64,000 nt of DNA from Nitrosopumilaceae archaeon (GTDB lineage Archaea; Thermoproteota; Nitrososphaeria; Nitrososphaerales; Nitrosopumilaceae), in assembly GCA_965214835.1 (NCBI GenBank), contig CBDCCK010000002.1:608001-672000 (forward strand), in the 5' to 3' direction. The translations under genes and the position numbers were made by a program. The notes beneath the pieces are model-generated. The model was not told the DNA's origin. It did not search any database and saw only the letters and a program-made list of their open reading frames with translations. Every line of letters begins with the position of its first letter. Position 1 is the first letter of the stretch. Below, piece by piece: positions 60,893-64,000 of the stretch.

Positions 60893-63775
60893 TAGACCTT
60901 ATGCGTAAACGTCTACAATCCAAAAAGTAGTTCACCCCTTCTCCGAGGGTGTAAAGTCGGTAAGGATCAGATGCACGGGCCTCATGCATGCCACTGGAAA
61001 CAAGGGTGTGTGGGTCTGGCGCAAAAGGGCTGGTAAATACGTCAGTCTTGCACGCCCCAACAACATGAATCTAAACAAGTCAGGCGTACAGTGGATAGTA
61101 CGCCAAAAGCAAAAGGGAGACATGACAAACGCCCAGATAGCCGAATCCATGAACGTCTCGGTCCGCTGGGTACAGAAACTGTGGGCCCGGCACAGGTCAG
61201 GCACCATACAGGACATATCGCACCCCGCACGGATGGGAAGGCCCCAGAACGGCATGCCCGGGCGCAGGGAGCACTCGGCGGTCCTCTCGGTGCGACCCTC
61301 CGAGCACCTGGGTGCGGCATCACTGCAGGATCTCATAAGGGAAAAGACCGGGATTAATATCCCGCGACATACACTGCACGGCATGCTAAAGGACGAGGGG
61401 ATGGCCAGAGACGAGCCCAACGGGCGCAGAAAACGCAGGTGGCTGCGCTGGGAGATGGAGTATTCCAACTCCATGTGGCACACCGACTGGAAGCAGATAC
61501 ACGGCGGAATGCACGACGGCAGGTGGTTTTTGTGCTACGAGGACGACGCATCCCGGTTCGTGACCGGATACGGCATATTTGACAACGCGACTACAGAAAA
61601 CGCCCTCAAGGTGCTTGACGGGGCCATGCAGAAGCACGGCAGGCCCGCCTCCATAATGACGGACCACGGAAGCCAGTTCTATGCAAACGAAAAACAGGGC
61701 GCAAAGAGGGGGCACAGCGAGTTCGAGGAGAGCCTGGAGGCCCTAGGCATACGGCAGGTCCTTGCCGGGGTGCGCCACCCGCAGACAAACGGCAAGGTCG
61801 AGAGGCTGCACGGCGAGATACAGCGCAAGCTGCACGAGTTTGAGGATATCATGATGAGAACAAGCGATCCCATGGATCTGTTCATGAAATGGTACAACTA
61901 CGACAGGCCCCACATGTCCCTTGACCGGGAGAACCGGGAGACGCCGGCGCAGGCATATGAGCGCAAGATGCCCCCTGCGGGCGAAACGGTCATAGATGGG
62001 CAGACCAGGGAGGAATATCATGTCAGATAGGGGGGGTGAACTACTTTTCGGATCCCACACCTTATGCGTAAACGAAATTAGCGGCGATGCCCCTGGCGCA
62101 CGGGCTACAAATGAGGCAAGTCAGGGCCGGCGCACGCGCGACTGTACCTTACAACGTTGAAAATATTTGATCAAAACCACAACTATTTTCAGACGATTGA
62201 TTTAGATCCGGGATCCATTCTCGCATAAGAGTAATGGCAAAGTCCGAGACCGAGCAGATACGACTGCTGAAGAAGAGAATCGAGCAGTACGAGAAGGAGA
62301 AGGTACAGGACAGGAAGGAGAAGGCGCGGGACAAAAAGAAGATCAAGAAGTATGAGAAGAGGATCAAGAGGCACGAGAAGAAGAGCAGGCAGGACAGGAA
62401 GGAGAAGGTGCGGGACAGGACGGAGAGGATGCAGTACAGGAAGGAGATCAGAGAGTACGAGAAGAAGAGCAGGCAGGACGGCAGGAGGCAGGAGCGGGAT
62501 CAGGAGAGGATAGGGCAGCTGGAACAGCAGCTGGACGCCGAGCGCCGGATGTGGCCCGCAACCTGGGATGACGACAGGCGCTCCGCGGACAACGCCGCCC
62601 TCATGCACAGGCTCGAGGTGCTCGATGACATAATCGGTGGCGGGTCCCTGCAGCCCACCACGTCGATGAACCTCCGCCAGTTTGACTACATATATGACCG
62701 GTTTACGAAGCTTGCCAAAAAGCACACAGAAGGCCCCCTGTTCTCAGAAGACGAGGACAACTTGCCCGGAAACCGGTGCAAGCTGTCCTACCGCCACGCC
62801 CTGCTGATGTCGCTGATGCGCAAGTACGGAAACCCGACACAGGAGCAGCTTGCGGCATTCTTTGGCATAGACCAGAGCACCATATGCAGGTACCTCAAGT
62901 ATTGCGACATGATATTCACCAAGATACTGCCCACGCCGGACGCCGTATCGCGAAAGATACGAAACGCCCGCACGATCAAGGAAGTCAAGAAGATCGTCCC
63001 GGATCTGACCGTGATTGTAGACGGCACGCACATCGACATACAGCGCCCCACAGACAAGGAGCCAAGAAAGGAGGCATACTCTGGCAAGAAGAAGAGCTTT
63101 ACGCGCAACACCCAGGTGATTGCCGACAAGAAGGGACTGGCGATGTATGCAAGCAAGTCGGCGCCCGGAAGCACGCACGACCTCACCATGATAAAGAACA
63201 ACCCACCGGATCTGGGAATCCTGACTGCCAGGATGCGCAGCAACAGAAAGCACCCCGAGGACGAGAAGGTAAAGATGTTCTCTGACCTGGGATACATGGG
63301 AATCGAGGAGGTGTATCCCGGGGCCACATCCGTGCAGCCCGACAAGAAGCCAAGGAAAGGCAAGCTTACAAAGAAACAGAAAGCGCAGAACAGGAGGATA
63401 AGCAGCAAGAGGGTGACAGTAGAGCACGCCATAGGACGGATAAAGCAGTACAAGCGGATGCGTGATCCGTACGACGGGACCGCCGAGGAGTTCGACAGGG
63501 AGTTCCAGGTGACGGCCGGGCTTGCCAACTTTAGGCTGCTGTGGGACAAGCGGAACAAGAAGCTCATGCATGGGTTCTGATACCACGATACGGAGCGCAT
63601 TGCGGCGCCACACGATGCCGCACTATACTGTAGTTTTTACCAGCTGTAATGGCTCGTAGCTGCACTATATACGGACTCTGCCGCCCTCATACACGTCATG
63701 TGATGCCGTCAGCCTTGCATGTGTGGCCGGCCACCGTCGGAATATTTCGATCCGGTCGATTACGCATAAGGTCTA
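60893..63775 (+). mobile_element. IS5-family (ISL2-like) element with intact transposase (62234-63580); left TIR hit by IS481
   Basis: tagaccttatgcgtaa / ttacgcataaggtcta; FGIDQSTICRY, VDGT, SDLGY, RVTVEHAIG. Confidence 0.92.
60912..62059 (+). mobile_element. complete IS481-family element (transposase ~61065-62030)
   Basis: imperfect TIR ..atcc.aaaagtagttcacccc; 15-bp TSD ccttatgcgtaaacg; MWHTDW, DDASR, TDHGSQF, HPQTNGKVER. Confidence 0.93.
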
Positions 63776-64000
63776 ATGATATGTAGTACATCTTGGGGAT
63801 TGCTTCTTGTACTGTTCTTAGGTTGCTTGCAGAAGAATGTATCAGATTACACTCAAGAGAGTATAACGCAGATTCAAATGATTGCACATTATAGTAAAAA
63901 AGCAAATGCGCAGATACTCCTGCCATGTTTTTATCTTGTAATTCGATGCCGGTTGTTTTATTGTAAAAGGTTGTAAATTGCACATCCAAATAATGCTGAA
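63776..64000 (-). pseudogene. AT-rich helical protein fragment cut by IS5 (possibly DUF5677/HEPN-like)
   Basis: SSASNLRTVQEA motif; runs into the IS TIR; continues beyond the window. Confidence 0.35.

Noticed and set aside
54264-60895. plus-strand and alternate-frame ORFs over the serpin and giant S8
   Set aside because: Shadow ORFs.

Overview
Archaeal DNA, most likely Nitrososphaerota (Nitrosopumilaceae-like). The assignment rests on a Nitrosopumilus-type S-layer gene, a thaumarchaeal S8 protease and a thaumarchaeal Cys-rich small protein. A serpin, a giant secreted S8 protease and massive IS expansion suggest a host-associated (sponge-type) lineage; this is inference. A few intact core or surface genes (S8 protease, S-layer, epimerase, GT2, thermonuclease, serpin plus giant S8) sit among IS630, IS66, IS481, IS5, ISH3 and IS6 elements. 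At least six MITE families are present, many with exact target-site duplications (TSDs) and several nested. The accessory DNA is a decaying toxin-antitoxin (TA)/defence collection: HicAB x2, RelE-like pairs x2, PIN, HEPN, DUF3800, DUF5678 plus retropepsin, ABC-ATPase plus PD-(D/E)xK, and an SDH/ClpP-like protease. It also holds a tyrosine integrase with iteron-like tandem repeats and D5-primase fragments. The best candidates for undescribed systems are three. (1) A two-gene module present four times, pairing a SAM-lyase/PII-like-fold protein with a ~60-70 aa helical partner; three copies keep an identical 23-nt gene overlap. (2) A loop-less ribosomal protein uS10 paralogue in an operon with a class III nucleotidyl cyclase. 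(3) A DUF3800 gene followed by a nested-hairpin candidate RNA. All family calls are by-eye motif recognition; no database searches were run.
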